From positions 7,537 through 71,536 of the forward strand of contig NMRA01000083.1 in the NCBI GenBank assembly GCA_002633005.1: DNA of 64,000 bases, written 5' to 3'. How positions within the stretch are numbered: the stretch's first letter is position 1; each line of letters opens with the position of its first letter. Positions 1 to 13,184 of the stretch are shown piece after piece. The notes under the pieces were generated by a model. It saw only the letters and a program-made list of their open reading frames with translations, searched no databases and was not told where the DNA came from. This DNA is from Phoronis australis. Its lineage: Eukaryota > Animalia > Phoronida. A program made the position numbers and the translations under genes.

Positions 1-79
1 TAATAATTGAACCCCGAACAGATTCCACAAGTGCCCGATGTTGCGTGATCTGGTACTCCCAATGGATTATTGCCTTCTC

Positions 80-1412
80 TGCAGCATTTCTTGTATTCAG
101 AAATCCTGGTTTCCTGTAGCCTTGAGTTGCTTAAACCCTTCACACCATGGTCATAAATGCTTGAATTCGTTTACCCACAATTTTGATATGGTATTTTAAG
201 TATTTCTTCTTCAAAATGAGTACTTTTAATCAAAAAATAAAAGCAAAAATTAAAAATTAAATAATTTGTTTGTGTGACGTCAACAGTGGATACGGTCTTC
301 GACATTATGTTGTTCTACACCAGCCGCGAGCCGTACTAGTCTCGAAAACTGAGTTCGACGGATTATTATGAAAAGTTGCATGTGCGGAGGATGCAGGACG
401 GACAATATTTCAGTTTTTGGGATTCCAAATTACCCCAAGATCGTCCAGAAATGGGACAGGCCTTTACGTCGGACACGGGTATGGAGGTGCGAGCGATCAG
501 TTGAGGGGCCTCGCTGTGCTCAGCCCAGTTTGAAGAATCGTGCTTCAATCCGTCGCAGAAACGGACATTTGATGAAGTTTTCTCCAACGTGTAAGTGCAT
601 TTGATGGAAAGAAAGTGTATTGCGTTGTACCGATCATTGCTGGGAACGTAGTTATATGAGCCTCAGCGTCAAATTGTGACTGAGACAATGAATGTGGCTA
701 CAGTAAGTTTCCATCAGTCTGTTTTTACTCAAGATTTTGTGGGAATCCATGCTATTCACATGTACGCCAATGCCCAATGGTAAAAAATGGGATGTAGATG
801 CCACGGCTATTCGCGACTGAGCTTTGACAGTCCGGGTAAAAACTTCGGTTAGATTTACAATTCGAGACGCACATTACTCGACACTTGAGTGGTTAGAAAT
901 TGAATCGTGATTCAATAGATGACTTTAATTGCCACTTTGAAACCAGGGCTGTCTGCAGAGTGAGTAGCCTCCGACTCGCTTTCACTCGCAGAAGACGCCG
1001 GTGCAGGAGGGTAGAACCGGTACGGCCTCAAACACGCAAAGTTTGCCGATATGGCGAGGTCTAATTCATTACCTGTTTCACCTATGGCCTGAGTGTGGTC
1101 TTCACCCCCATTTCCATACCTGTCTTCAAAAATACCCGTCAAGCTCATTCTCTAAGTCAGCGGAACTTAATTACAAAATCCATACTATCTGCCGATTGCA
1201 TATATACTGTCAACTGATGAACGTCTTCCACTGATGACATCACGTAGCGGGAAACCGAAAAATTATTCATTTTTCTTTAAAATTTAAATTTCCTCAATTA
1301 TTTCTCAAGATAAGTGCCATGGAGCGTTCATAGCTGACTGTGGGTCAGAGGATACGCAGCCACAAGGGATGACATACTTACCGGGTTCCAATACCACAAA
1401 CAGTTGATGCTC
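80..1412 (+). mobile_element. Degenerate Kolobok-like element (family B) with convergent THAP and KolX-like remnants
   Basis: Degenerate long inverted ends, e.g. gtgacgtcaacagtgga (274-290) vs tccactgatgacatcac (1227-1243), and CCATGG at 145 and 1317. + strand THAP-like remnant from 368 (MKSCMCGGC...FGIP...W...LCSAQFEESCF, frameshifted). - strand ORF 912-1148 has LRPYRFYP plus an acidic/Ser tract, resembling the PYxFEP start of KolX. Boundaries approximate. Confidence 0.55.
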
Positions 1413-3175
1413 TTAGAGACAATTTTTAGGCTGACATGAATAATTCATGTGATTCCTAAAGAAATATTTCGATTTGTGAATGATTTCTAGGTAACTTGGT
1501 TCGAGACTGTATGAAGCGGTCGAACCGAAAATCCTTTTTCCACTTTGAAGACAAAAGCTTACACCACAAGAAAGACATCGATATTTCAAAATACAAAAAT
1601 GAAAAAACTATCAAAATCGCATGGTGCACTCAAAAGTTGTGTCAAATTTTGACTCACTATTTTGATTGAGCCGGCCATCTTGCAATATTAGCGGCATAGA
1701 TTACGAGTTTAAAAGCGATTAAACATTATTTTCACAAATATTCTAGCAGTGAAATTTAATGAAAGATATCTTTACCTAACATTCTGTACAATTCAAGAGT
1801 TTAGTAATACACCAGAATTTAATCACGCAGATGTAATTTATTGAGTGGTTAAAGTGCTCACAATTCACGTTGGACAATATGGCGACTTTTGCTGAACTGA
1901 AAGGCATGTTCAACCGGCTATTTTGTCATTGGTGAAGATTTAACTATAAAACATTTGTGAACACACTGCTAAAAAACAGTTTTGTACAATTTCCCGGTGC
2001 TTGTGCCTAACTATTATGAATCTTCTATATATTTCAATGTGAAGTGACCATTCAATTGACCTTTGCACTCTGCTAAAAAACTGTTGAAATTGTTTTGAAA
2101 TTTTTTTGTATGAAAGTCAACTTTTGTTCAAAGTATGATTATGTGTCACAACAGGACACATATTTTTCTAAATTTTATGCATAAAGTGTGCTTTTTATTA
2201 GTGTCTTGTAACTTGTAATATATCACAGCAACAAAATGTGAAAAATCTTACTTGATTTATAGAAATGGGTTACATTTGGATTACGAAGTGTGAAGCGCAT
2301 TGGAATCCTTCTGCTTCATAGTTTCATATTTTTATTATCATGCTTGCCAAATTCTTGTTCAAAGAGGAAACGCTTTATGGTACTCAATCGCCATGGTAAC
2401 AATTATGCAAGTCTACTTTTATACTTAACGTGAGCTGAGTTCAGCCTGTATTGCTGAAGTATTCCTAAGTACATTCTTAGTTACTTCTTGTGGCAAAGGA
2501 CGGTTAGGAGCATTTTAGTTTGCGGGTAAATTTGTACTGAGATTACTTTGCTTAGTGTAAGCCTTAACTACAATGAAATTTTGAAACCCGTGCGTCCAAT
2601 ATTCTTAAGAGATGTCATTTTTATCTCTTATGTGAGCGTGACAACGAGGGACAAAATCAGATTTGGATGGAATCGATTAAACGATTAGCACCTGTAAGAA
2701 TGACAACACTCAGATTAAAGTGACTTTATAGATTTTATGTTATGATTATCAGGTACAGTGCAATAAGGTGGACGTTACCAGGGCACAGTGTCAGTTAGCA
2801 GCTAACGGGGGATTGGCACGCGCACAGTTTAGACTCATTCGAAAACAAGCATGTATATAATATCAGTTTTTGGCCAAATTAGAAGTAAGAAGTGGAAAAC
2901 AAAAACGATGCTTGAGTGCAGCAGCATTTAAATGACGTTACGAAGGTCATCCTCAGGTACAATAGTAGACAGAAAACAAAATATCGTAACAAAATATTAG
3001 ATTAATATACCAACAAACTCAGGCAAATGGAGGTGTCCGAAATGATGATCCGTTGGATTCTAGTCTTGATGGATACCCGCAGATGTCAACTCAAATTCGG
3101 CAAGTGGAAGTCTAGCATCTTTGAAGCAAGCTCAGGCCTCCCGCAAGTGTTCCCTCTCAGCTCAGTGCTCTTTAA

Positions 3176-4461
3176 AGGCGAAGGCAATCTTTTTTCATGT
3201 CCCTTTTAGCAAAAATGAGGTCTGTTGATTATCCCATACATATTTTTCACTTAATTACACCTTTTCGTAATTTAATTAATTTCTCGTCCTCTACTCCGGA
3301 AGTGACGTTTTAGGAGGCAAGAATTTCGCGCCAATTTCTTTTCATACAATCAGACTGTAAGAGCTGTCAAGTCAGTTATTGTTCTACCTCGGATGTGATA
3401 AGTTCGGTCGTCGTTTGCTTTTGTTTACGAGTCAGTCAACATGCCGCACTGTTGTTGTGTACCAGGATGTAGGCCTACTCATTATAGTTTCACGCGCGCT
3501 TTGGATACCTTGCATCGCTTTCCGAAGGATGACACACTTCGCCGTACTTGGCTAACTTGTTCGTGTGAAGAACGCAGCGCTACCCGTTCACGCAACGTAC
3601 AGATCATTGGCAAGCATTTTCAGCCGTCAGATTACGACAGAGATATGTACGCTGAATTGATGAAGGTCCCTGCGAAACAACGCCTGAAGAAGGGTTCCAT
3701 GCCGTGGCTGTTGATTCCCGGCAGTGCCCCGTCGCTACCCCCGAGAAGAACGTTTTTGAAGCGAGAAGTCTCGCGAGCTGTGGCCACTATAAACAGTGAC
3801 TGGAGGCACTTCATCTACTGTCACCCATGCCTCCGAACGTACCCCATAGCGTGCAATTCCCGGAACTAGCAGTGATTCCCTGTGTGCTGTTGTCTCTAGC
3901 CCAGAGCCTGTAAGCAGCCCTGCAGCGATGTTGAGTTGTTGGAGTGAATACAAGGGCAGTTCGTCATCCAATGAACAGATCGGTGAGCCTAAGTTTGATT
4001 AGTTTATTGTGGACTTGTATTGGAGCTATTGAGAAGGTGCCACGTGTGTGACGAGGGAGACGCACGGCGGGATGTAAGCAGTTTGGGTGTTCAAGTCACC
4101 ATCCACTGGGAGTGTGTCGCGGGACACTCGGGCAAGTGGGACAGTTCTTCCTCTGTACGTGAGACGATAATGAGTACACCCCAGTACGCAGCAACAGCGT
4201 GGCATGTTGACTGACTCGTAAACAAAAGCAAACGACGACTGAACTTAACACAACCGAGGTAGAACAATGACTGACTCGACTGCTCTCATAGTCAGACTGT
4301 ATGAAAAGAAATTGGAGCGAAATTGTTGCCTCCCAAAACGTCACTTCCGCAGAAGACGACGAGTAATTAATTAAATTACGAAAAGCTTTAAATAAGTGAA
4401 AAAAATATGTCTGGGATAATCAACGAACCCTATTTTTGCAAAAAAAAGGTTGCCTTCGCCT
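3176..4461 (+). mobile_element. Non-autonomous Kolobok element (family A, copy 1) with ~310-bp TIRs
   Basis: TTAA at 3172-3175 and 4462-4465; termini AGGCGAAGGCAA...TTGCCTTCGCCT. Inverted arms ~3176-3494 and ~4158-4461. Interior has a THAP ORF and FIVD..LLRRCHVC...G.QVTIHWECVAGHSGKWDS, resembling the Cys/His region of Kolobok transposases. Confidence 0.9.
3441..3869 (+). pseudogene. THAP-domain N-terminal transposase fragment (142 aa open frame)
   Basis: MPHCCCVPGC...LHRFPKD...RRTW...IIGKHF...RLKKGSMP. The third zinc-binding Cys appears replaced (IGKHF) and there is no DDE domain. Confidence 0.8.
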
Positions 4462-4881
4462 TTAACGTCTACACGGCAGATCTTATACAAGCAGCAAGTG
4501 TAGGTGGAGCTTCACCATACAGCTATGTTGATGACTTGATAGTCGCCAATGAGGCGAACACTCCAAGTCATGCCGTGGAGGGCCTGCAATCAGCAAGTGA
4601 TGGTGTGGCCGATTGGACCGAAGACAACAAGATGTCCATCCAACCAGATAAAGGGGAATGGATGTTAGCCTGACGAGGTTATTTCAACCCAAACATGTTC
4701 ACCCTGGGATATATGTGAGCCTTGATACCTCAAGTCCCTGAAGTTACCTATCTAGGAATTAAGATGGATCGAAGAATGACGATGAACTCCCATGTCGAAT
4801 TCCTAGCTGAGAAAGGTGCCAAGAGCCTGTCACTGTTGAGATAGATATGAAGCAGCCCAGCAGATCCAACAAAAGAGCCTG

Positions 4882-6033
4882 GTGCAGCTCATGAATGCAA
4901 CTGTCGGCGCAAGAACTGAGTATGGGCTCCATCTGTGCCTATGTGCCTCCCAACAGTCAATGACCAAACTACAGAGGATTCAAAACCAGGCCATGAGGAT
5001 AGTAACCAAGGCAGCTAGACCCACTCCGGCAGACAGTCTCCAATACTGGTTAGGTATCAATAGCATCCGTACTAAACGGAAGACACTAGCAGCCCAAGCA
5101 TTTCTAAAGGCAGCTACAACCAACTCTCATCCTCTGTACCTGGACTTGAGAGAGCATAGTGATGAGCACACTGCACAGAAGCTGAAAACTGTTCAATCAT
5201 GGGTTATCGGAGCTAGGGAGCTTGTCGAAGAGGTATGTCCAGTGGACAACATCAACACCATAGAGTGGTCAAAAGCCACAAACTTTGTCATCAACACCAT
5301 GGAGATTGGAGGCCGTCATTGGCGGGAAAGAGCTGACTGTATCAACCAAGCTACTGTATTGGAATGGCTTGAAGAACAATCTCCCACAATCATTGTTCCA
5401 ACGGACGGCTCACTAAGAGATGACACTACGGCTTGGGCAGCAGTAACTTGGACTCGCGAGGGTCAACGCCTCTTGGAATGGTCAACAGCACGGGTTGGAA
5501 AATCCTCGTCTTCTAGAGCTGAATGTGAAGCATATGAAAACGCCCTAGTCTGGCTCTCACGGAACACAACACCTGCAGACAGATCATTTCTACTTACAGA
5601 CTCCCTCAGCCTCATTAGCAGGCTAAAAACTGGTCATGTGAAAGATTCCTGGATCCCTCTGTTCAGCTTTATTAATGGTCTCTTCACCAGTGTTTATATA
5701 CCAGCACACTGTGGCATCTCATTCAATGTCAAGACCGGTGAGCTTGCAGGCATCGCAGAACCGATTGCCGACCTGCTCCTCACACCAGCAGATGTAATCT
5801 CCAGAGTGCGTGAATCGCTTACAGATGCCAAGATTGTACAACAGCAGGAGAGATGGGCAACAAAGCGCCTCATAGAGCGAGGATGGCAATACGGAGATGC
5901 AGCAAAAACTCGTATCAGGGGAAAAGATCGAAGAGTGTGCAACCAACACGAACTTGGTTTCATCTCCAAATTTACATTGCGTGCGATAGTGGAAGGAGGA
6001 GGGCCGGAGACTCTCCCGGTGCCTTTCCTCTGA
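4882..6033 (+). pseudogene. C-terminal part of LINE ORF2 (RT thumb region plus RNase H)
   Basis: 383-aa open frame with KLQRIQNQAMRIVT and RNase H motifs. The upstream RT part has a stop, frameshifts and a TE insertion. Confidence 0.85.
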
Positions 6034-7876
6034 CGTCACCACAGAAACAGAAACAGAAACAGAGACATCGTTCTCAAGCATGCATGCGCCATTGTTTCCT
6101 CGATGGAAACGTTTTGCCAAATTTCGTGGAATTTCACCAAAGAAATCTAGTCATAGAAACTGTCACCAGGGAACCAGCAGTAGTCGAAGTATCTAAAATA
6201 TTGACGTCGACTGATTCGATCACCGCAGAAACATGTTTGCAAAAATTAGTGAAGCCCTTTTATGAGGTCTATGAGATAGAGCTGCATACTGTCCGTAGTC
6301 AGGTTCTGTAAAATACGCGATGGTATGTCTTTTCTACCGGCTGTTGCTTAGAAACAAACAAAATGCCCATTTTTATTTTCTTAGAGCAAACTGATGAAAA
6401 ATATTATTGGAAATCACCAGCACTCCGCAAACTGGCCCCCAGAACACCTCAAAAATGGCTAAAAACCAAATACACAAAATTGGGCAAAATTTACCAAATT
6501 TTGACACTCCAGTGAAGGTTAACGGAAACCTCTTTGAAAATTCAAAGACTGTCTTCTGATTGAGAGGTTCAATCTTTACATAAACATTATAAAAAGTTTA
6601 CTTTCCTGTTCTTTTAAGCCGTTTTAAAACAACTTCACTAAGTGAACCTTTTTGAGCCAAAAATGAGTTATTTTAGGCGAAAATATTCATGATGCTCTTC
6701 CTTAAAAAATAGTGGCCTAAAACTTTCAAATAAGCATTTTGAACATATCCAACCAGGATATATGAACACACAGTTTTTTGTTCTAAATCTGAGTCGGTGA
6801 CCCTAGAGTCGACCTTCTGATGCTCTCGTGGAATGACAGTTAATACTTTGGAATTAAAATCTTCAGAGTTACGGCCCTTCGGAGTAATTACTTGACTACT
6901 CTAGTAAAGAAAAATCCAAGTGGTATTAGATGCGTTTTCATGCATGGTGGCGTTAAAATAACGTAGTGATTCAAAAAAGAGTACTGGTGACAAACGAAAA
7001 CGCATACAATATTCAGTTCTGCGACACGTGTTACGAATCAAATTCAATTTGTTGTGGTGATTGGTTGGCTGGCTATTTCAAAAGAGTTTGATTGCAAGTT
7101 TCTTGCACTTATTGATTTCGAGTGACATTTATTTGTCAAGAATATTAACAAAACAGCTACAATTGCTAAATACATTATCGCCTTATAGCAGCGGTATGAA
7201 TATGTTTTCTTCTACCGGGGTTAAAAATAAATTAATCTCTGTTGCTTCGGTTTTAATTCCTCTACTTTAAGTTTCGTTTTTCGTTAACATTAGATTAGGT
7301 ATGAAATATACATGCGAAATATTCAATAGCTGCAAAAGTAAGATAGCTAAATGTACAGTCGAAGCACACCTGACGATAAAAATAAAAGTATGCGACTGCT
7401 TAACGTTCATAGCAATACCTTCAATACAGGCACGGGGATACAAAGATGCTAAGCTACATAGGGGCACAGGGTAGCATTACATATAGCTTATGATGCTATG
7501 ACGTAACACTATCAGCCATATGTATTGTCGTCCTGGGCCGTCTGCACCAGGCAACTTCAGACACAACTGCTTAATAAACAGGCGGATATAATGTGCCACA
7601 TGTTGATGCCCGGCGTTAATTATTCAGTGATGTGTCTTTGTATTGTAAATTCCCTGCATATTCAGCATTTTATTTTTACATGTCGTTATAACCAGCTGTT
7701 GAGTGTACAATTTGGACTACTTGTTTCTGAAAGCCGGGGCGTTCTTTCCGAAAATCATGAAAATGAATTCTTTAAATACTACGCGCCGAAATTTTTGTAC
7801 TCAATGCAGGGTAAAGAATTATCATCAAATAAATATTAAATGTTTGTCACTTTATCCCCGTGGGTGGGTGGGCACA

Positions 7877-8227
7877 TGTAGTTACCGACCGGTGCTCATA
7901 GCTTTCGGTGCGATGATAGACTGAAAACTGGTTTGAGTGATCACTTTATTTATCTCGACCGTCTACTCAAAAAAATGTCCAACGTAATGTCTGTTTTATG
8001 ATCCAGCCGGTGCTGCGAAGTACACTCCCAGCTACTGTTACACTCAATAACCTGCTGCCTCTACAGCTGGCCTTTTATTGACTGCTGATTTTGGAACTGC
8101 TACTCAACTGTAACTTTAAATCGACTCAACTTCAGCCGACTTTAACTGACTTTCAACCAACTGTCACTAACCCTTGCCTCGGTATTTATAATCTCGTAGA
8201 AAGTTCTGGACCTTTTCACCAATTCAA
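7877..8227 (-). mobile_element. Possible solo LTR or LTR fragment
   Basis: On the minus strand: TATAAAT, then AATAAA, ending GGTAACTACA. GCACA occurs on both flanks (7872-7876, 8228-8232), but the other end lacks a clean TG. Confidence 0.35.
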
Positions 8228-8893
8228 GCACATTATGTTGTTATCATTGTAAATTGTTATGAGCACTGCTCTGTATTGCACGTTTTTCGTTAAAATGACT
8301 TGTAAGCCCATGTGGGAGCCGGATTCATTTGCACTGGTCACTGACGTAGTAAAAAAACAATCATTCATATATAGGAGACCGTTCCATTGACTCACACTGC
8401 CATTGTTTCAGCAAAATGTTTTCGCGAGGTTTTACACCGCCGGGAAGATTACCAATGCACAGCTGGTGCTAATATGCTATACAGCCTGTAGGTCTCGCAT
8501 AATTGGATGCGTTCAACGTGGTTTTGGGTTTTCAGTTTTGTGCATTAGGAAGCGTTTTGCCTTATCATGCAAGCAATGATTCGCGTCAAGTGAATAGCAA
8601 TGCCTACGACACGCCTGAGGTAGAATCACAAAAATAGTCTTCAGATACGAAGTATTTTGTCCTTGACAACCCAAAATCTACAAGTATGTCTCCTCATAGT
8701 CTTGTCAGTTTTCGTTTCAGTTGAGCAATCTTTCTTTCTTGCTACTTAACAAAACAAAAAGCCCGTAGGTATCGCGGAAGGGAAAAAGTGCGTGATGTTC
8801 TGCAGTTTTCCCAGCTTTATCAGTTTCAATGCTGATTTATGAATCACAGCCCAGATTACAAATTTACGCATACTTAGAATCGCCTTAGTTTTT

Positions 8894-8993
8894 GTAATAA
8901 TGTACGCAATTTGTATACATATACATATATACTCAAATAATTGTAATAATGTACGCAATTTATATACATATATACTCGAATAATTGTAATAAT
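8894..8993. repeat. Short imperfect tandem repeat (~43-49 bp unit, about 2 copies)
   Basis: taataatgtacgcaattt...tatactc.aataattg repeated. Confidence 0.7.
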
Positions 8994-9749
8994 CACGTAA
9001 GTATTCCACAAGACACAGTCGAATTCGAAAACAGTTACACTTTTTATTTCGAGAGTGGTGTAGGGAAATTGAAGGATATAACCATAGATTAATAAAAACT
9101 CCGACATGTGTCAGGATTTTTCCTGCAACGGGCGCTATTGTCCTACGGGCTTTCTGCGCGCCACCTGTGAACAGCTGCGGTCGAGTTATCATGCCGCATG
9201 CAGATGTCAATGCATAGTATATAAATAATAGAACTTAACATTTTTAGTTTTCTAAATTCAGTTGCTTCTCTAGTACGCATGTTATCGCTAGACTGCCTCG
9301 ATCGGAACGAGCGCAATTGAAAAGCACCATAAGTTGAGCAGCTTGTAATGCAACAAAGAAAATAATTTAAAGCTGAGAAAGCACAAATACGAAGGGTTTT
9401 GGTTGACATGTTTGCTGGAATGTGGAAATGTAGCATGGAAAAAATACAAAGTAACTCTTAGCGTGACCTATCGTCAGGTTATGGGCTGTTTGGTTTATTT
9501 GCTTCGATAACTAAAAATACTTCAACTGTAGCTCGTTTAAATAAGAAATTATCTTAGCATTCGTAATATATACAAGTTAACTTTGGCACTCCAAGGGCAG
9601 GAGTGAGTTATGAGTTATGTTTGTTTACGTTCAACAGATAATGAACAAATCTAACACCGCTATCGTGGCATGCCTTTGAGAATATCGGTTTGTTAATTAT
9701 TTCAATTAATGAATTGCACCACGGTGACTGACCTGTAATCGAGCTGTTA

Positions 9750-12500
9750 TGCTTCCGAATGACCTTAAGAAAACTCAAAACTGCAAAAGACTTCTTTACA
9801 ACAAGTTATCTGTTGTTTGGAAGACAAGATTACCAAAAGCATTTTCTCCAAAGTAAAACAATTTTAAACAATATTCATGCATTGAATTCAGTAAGAGGTT
9901 ATACCAGAAACACGACTTTCTAATGTTGGTTGTAATGCGTGTCCAGGTGAACTACATTGTTTTAACAAATGAGGCAACGTGGACCATTTTGAAAAACGGA
10001 TGTCACTATAATCCTGTGTCATTACATTTCTATTCCAATTTTATCGCACTTCCCTCCCCATTTAATGTTGTGAAAAGACCCTCAAGATTTTTAACAAAGC
10101 CTGAAATAGAGGAAGATTTAGCAACAATGACCCTTCCCAAATGCACGCGCCAATCCAAATACAGCTGTACTCTGTTTTATTGATTTATTGGTTCAACATG
10201 AGAACCTGGAAAACTGGTCCAAGAAATCTGAAGATTTTTAACGACCTTTCTAATACATCAAGCAATATACTTGTATCATCAGCATACTGAACAATTTCGT
10301 CCTCATTATTGCTAACATAAAGACCTTTCACTTTATCGGGTTTTTTTCTCAACAAAATTTGGATAGGTAGCAAAAAGGCAAGGAGATATGGGGTCATCTT
10401 AATAACACTAATGTAATAGTGAGGAAAATAGAGACGAAATTCCATAATTAGATCTCACATGTATTTGACCCGACATTCAAAATTTCCACACACCTTTCAA
10501 CATGCTTACCGAAATTAAAGCATCTCATCCTATATATGATTTTCCGAGATAAACTGTCAAAAGCTTTTTCAAAATCTACCAACATCAGAAGGCCGGATAT
10601 ACTTTATTCTTGAGTGAAGTGTAACACGTCATATATTGATCTTCGCTAATATATGTCTGCCAGCAAGTAAGATTTTCATGTATCAAATCACGAACAACCC
10701 TTTTAAAGGCGAAGGCAACCTTTTTTCATGTCATTTTTAGCAAAAATAACGTTTGTTGATTATTCCAGACACATTTTTCAGTTAATTACAGCTTTTTGGT
10801 ACTCTAACAATTACTCGCCCTCTACTCCGGAAGTGACGTTTTGGGAGGAAAGAATTTCGCGCCAATTTATTTTTATACAGTCTGACTGTGAGAGTTGCCG
10901 AGTTAGTAGTTGTTCTATCTCGGTTGTGATAAGTTCGGTCGTCGTTGCTTTTGTTTACGAGTCAGTCAACATGCCACATTATTGCTGCGTACCGGGATGT
11001 ACTCATTATCGTCTCACGGACAGAAGAACAACTGTCCCACTTGCCCGATTGTCCCGCGACACCGGACTCCCACAGGATAGTGACCTGAGCACACAAACTG
11101 CTTACATCCCGCCGTGTGACTCCCTTGCCACACATCTGGCACCTTCTAAATAGCCCCAATACTTTAGACATATCCAAAGTAAACTTTTCAAAGTTTGGCT
11201 CACCGATCTGTTCATTGAACGACGAATTGTCCTGTTCACTGGATGTAAAACTGAGCCTATATTCACTCCCACTACTCAACATCGCAGCAGAGCTGCTTAC
11301 AGGCTCTAAGCGATCATGAGAACATTCCGGTATGCAGCAACAGTGTGGCATGTTGAATGACTCGTTAACAACAGCAAAAGACGACCGAACTTAAAACAAT
11401 CGAGGTAAAACAATGACTGACTCGACAGCTCTCATAGTCAGCCTATATAAAAAGAAATTGATGCAAAATTCTTGCCTCCCAAAACGTCACCTCCCGAGTA
11501 GAGAACGAATAATTAATTAGATAACGAAAAGCTATCATTAAGTGAAAAATATGTCTGGGATTATCAACGAACCTTATTTTTGCTAAAAATGGCATAAAAA
11601 GGTTGCCTTCGCCTTTAAGTTTTTCGGTGATAGGGTCCGATAAAATCCTAAAGCTAATTTTTAAGTATTGTAAATTGGCCCCCAGTTCTTCAAAAGTTCT
11701 TTTTAGACAACTACTTCATCGCACCCTGTAATTGGGTAGATGACAAACTTCTTTTTTCAAAACTACAAATGAAACCGAAATATGAGCCTAAAACTGCACT
11801 GACATTTACAATGAACAACACGGCCTGCTTCTTCTAAATACCCATTAATTTATTTCACCCAGACACATGTGCAATAAATTATTGGGCATTTTTGGAATTT
11901 GGAATCGGATGATCGCTCAACATATCGTCCAAGATAATTTTACCCAATGTATAATCTTAAGATGAATGCAAACAGATGTAAAAGTTCACTTTTATCCAAA
12001 ATTCCATGTTGAGTTACTCATCATTGTCATCAGCTATAATTTGGTAATTATTTATTGGTTATAATTATTTATCTTTAAACCACTTCTACCCATCTTGCAA
12101 TACTTCTAACACTGTTACCCAAATATACGTCGAATCCATTTGAAAACGAGAAGGTGGCGTCATTTCTCTAATAAAGAGCTATTTGCTAAGTTTTATGAAA
12201 ATCCCGTTATTAAAGGAACTCCTATCGGAGATATAGATGTAAAGTCGAGTAGTCCTTGTGGTCATGTGGAGAACAGTCGTATTAGTCAGGATCCATATTA
12301 ACCATTTCATCTTGCAATAACGTAGGGCCTCTGGAAGAGGGGGTACTGTGGGGGGGGGGCTATCGAAAGTAAAACATATCGAAACATGAAGAAGAGAGAA
12401 AATTCAAGAGAATATTTGTCCACGAATTCCTCCAACGTCTCCCGGGAAACCCAACGGGTTTCATCCAAATTTCATTATCAATAGTACGCTGGTTGTCTGA
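9750..12500 (-). mobile_element. Decayed L1/Tx1-type LINE ORF2, interrupted by Kolobok copy 2
   Basis: Minus-strand remnants LKNWGPI (~11680), LKRVVRDLIHE (across the TTAA junction), LMLVDFEKAFDSL (~10570) and IVQYADDTSILLD (~10280). Many stops and frameshifts; ends approximate. Confidence 0.75.
10707..11614 (-). mobile_element. Non-autonomous Kolobok element (family A, copy 2), internally deleted and inverted relative to copy 1
   Basis: TTAA at 10703-10706 and 11615-11618, with the same AGGCGAAGGCAA termini and long arms. Interior is the reverse complement of ~3895-4157; the THAP body (~3490-3900 of copy 1) is missing. Confidence 0.9.
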
Positions 12501-13184
12501 ATGATTCTATCACTAGGTTAGTCGTCAGGGTAGTTTCTGCTCCCGATCAGATTATATCTCATTAGACAAATCCTACGCTAAATGTACACAAGTGGGCGAT
12601 AAAACGTGCACTGTTTACCCCACTGTTTTTAAAATTGAAAAGTAACAGCCAAGTAAATAACAGCTTCCTTTAATTTTTTAAAATCGATTCATTATTAGAA
12701 ATTCTGTTTCTTCAGCATCGCTGTTAACACACGAGCATTAGTTTTTGAATAGATGAGGCCGACGAGTTAGTCACACTCTTGCTTAGGATCGCTTACGGGT
12801 AACAACACCTCAACTGTTAGCGTACTAGGAGTTACCTCATGTAAATTGAAAGCTTAAAAGCCTCTAAGCTGTACTTTACATTTTCTTTTTGATACATAAA
12901 AACCGATGGAAACCATAAAATCTGAATGGAGGAGTAAAATTTAGACCATGTGGGTTTTTAAATTTTCAAAATTGGTCAAGTAAACGCGATTTTGTCAACA
13001 AAAACCCAAGCCTTGAGCTGTTTATCCTAGCACGGTTTATCAGCTAATTATACTGCATCACTAACTCACAATAGAAAAAAATGGGGACAAAACCGGCTGT
13101 GATGATGGAACTCAGTTGAAAGGGCATGTTCACCATATTCGGAATAGAAGATGGTTTTCTTTTTCAGCTGAGTAACAGTGCTAT

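Larger units (their letters stand above)
3011..6066 (+). mobile_element. 5'-truncated non-LTR retrotransposon with RT and RNase H (I/Ingi-like), interrupted by a Kolobok element
   Basis: NKLRQMEVSEMMIRWI...GLPQVFPLSSVLF (3012-3173) rejoins at NVYTADL...YVDDL after 4462. Downstream RNase H motifs TDGS, RAECEA, LTDSLS and YIPAHCG. 3' tail (ACAGAA)n at 6041-6066. Confidence 0.9.

Noticed and set aside
1-1400. Penelope GIY-YIG-like peptides on the minus strand (ETRISEYKK near 100; PGKYVIPCGC near 1370)
   Set aside because: The two segments align to each other as degenerate inverted repeats of the Kolobok-like element, so the peptide resemblance is probably coincidental.
5694-6311. Overlapping antisense and alternate-frame ORFs
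   Set aside because: Shadows of the LINE ORF2 and its repeat tail, with no recognisable domain.
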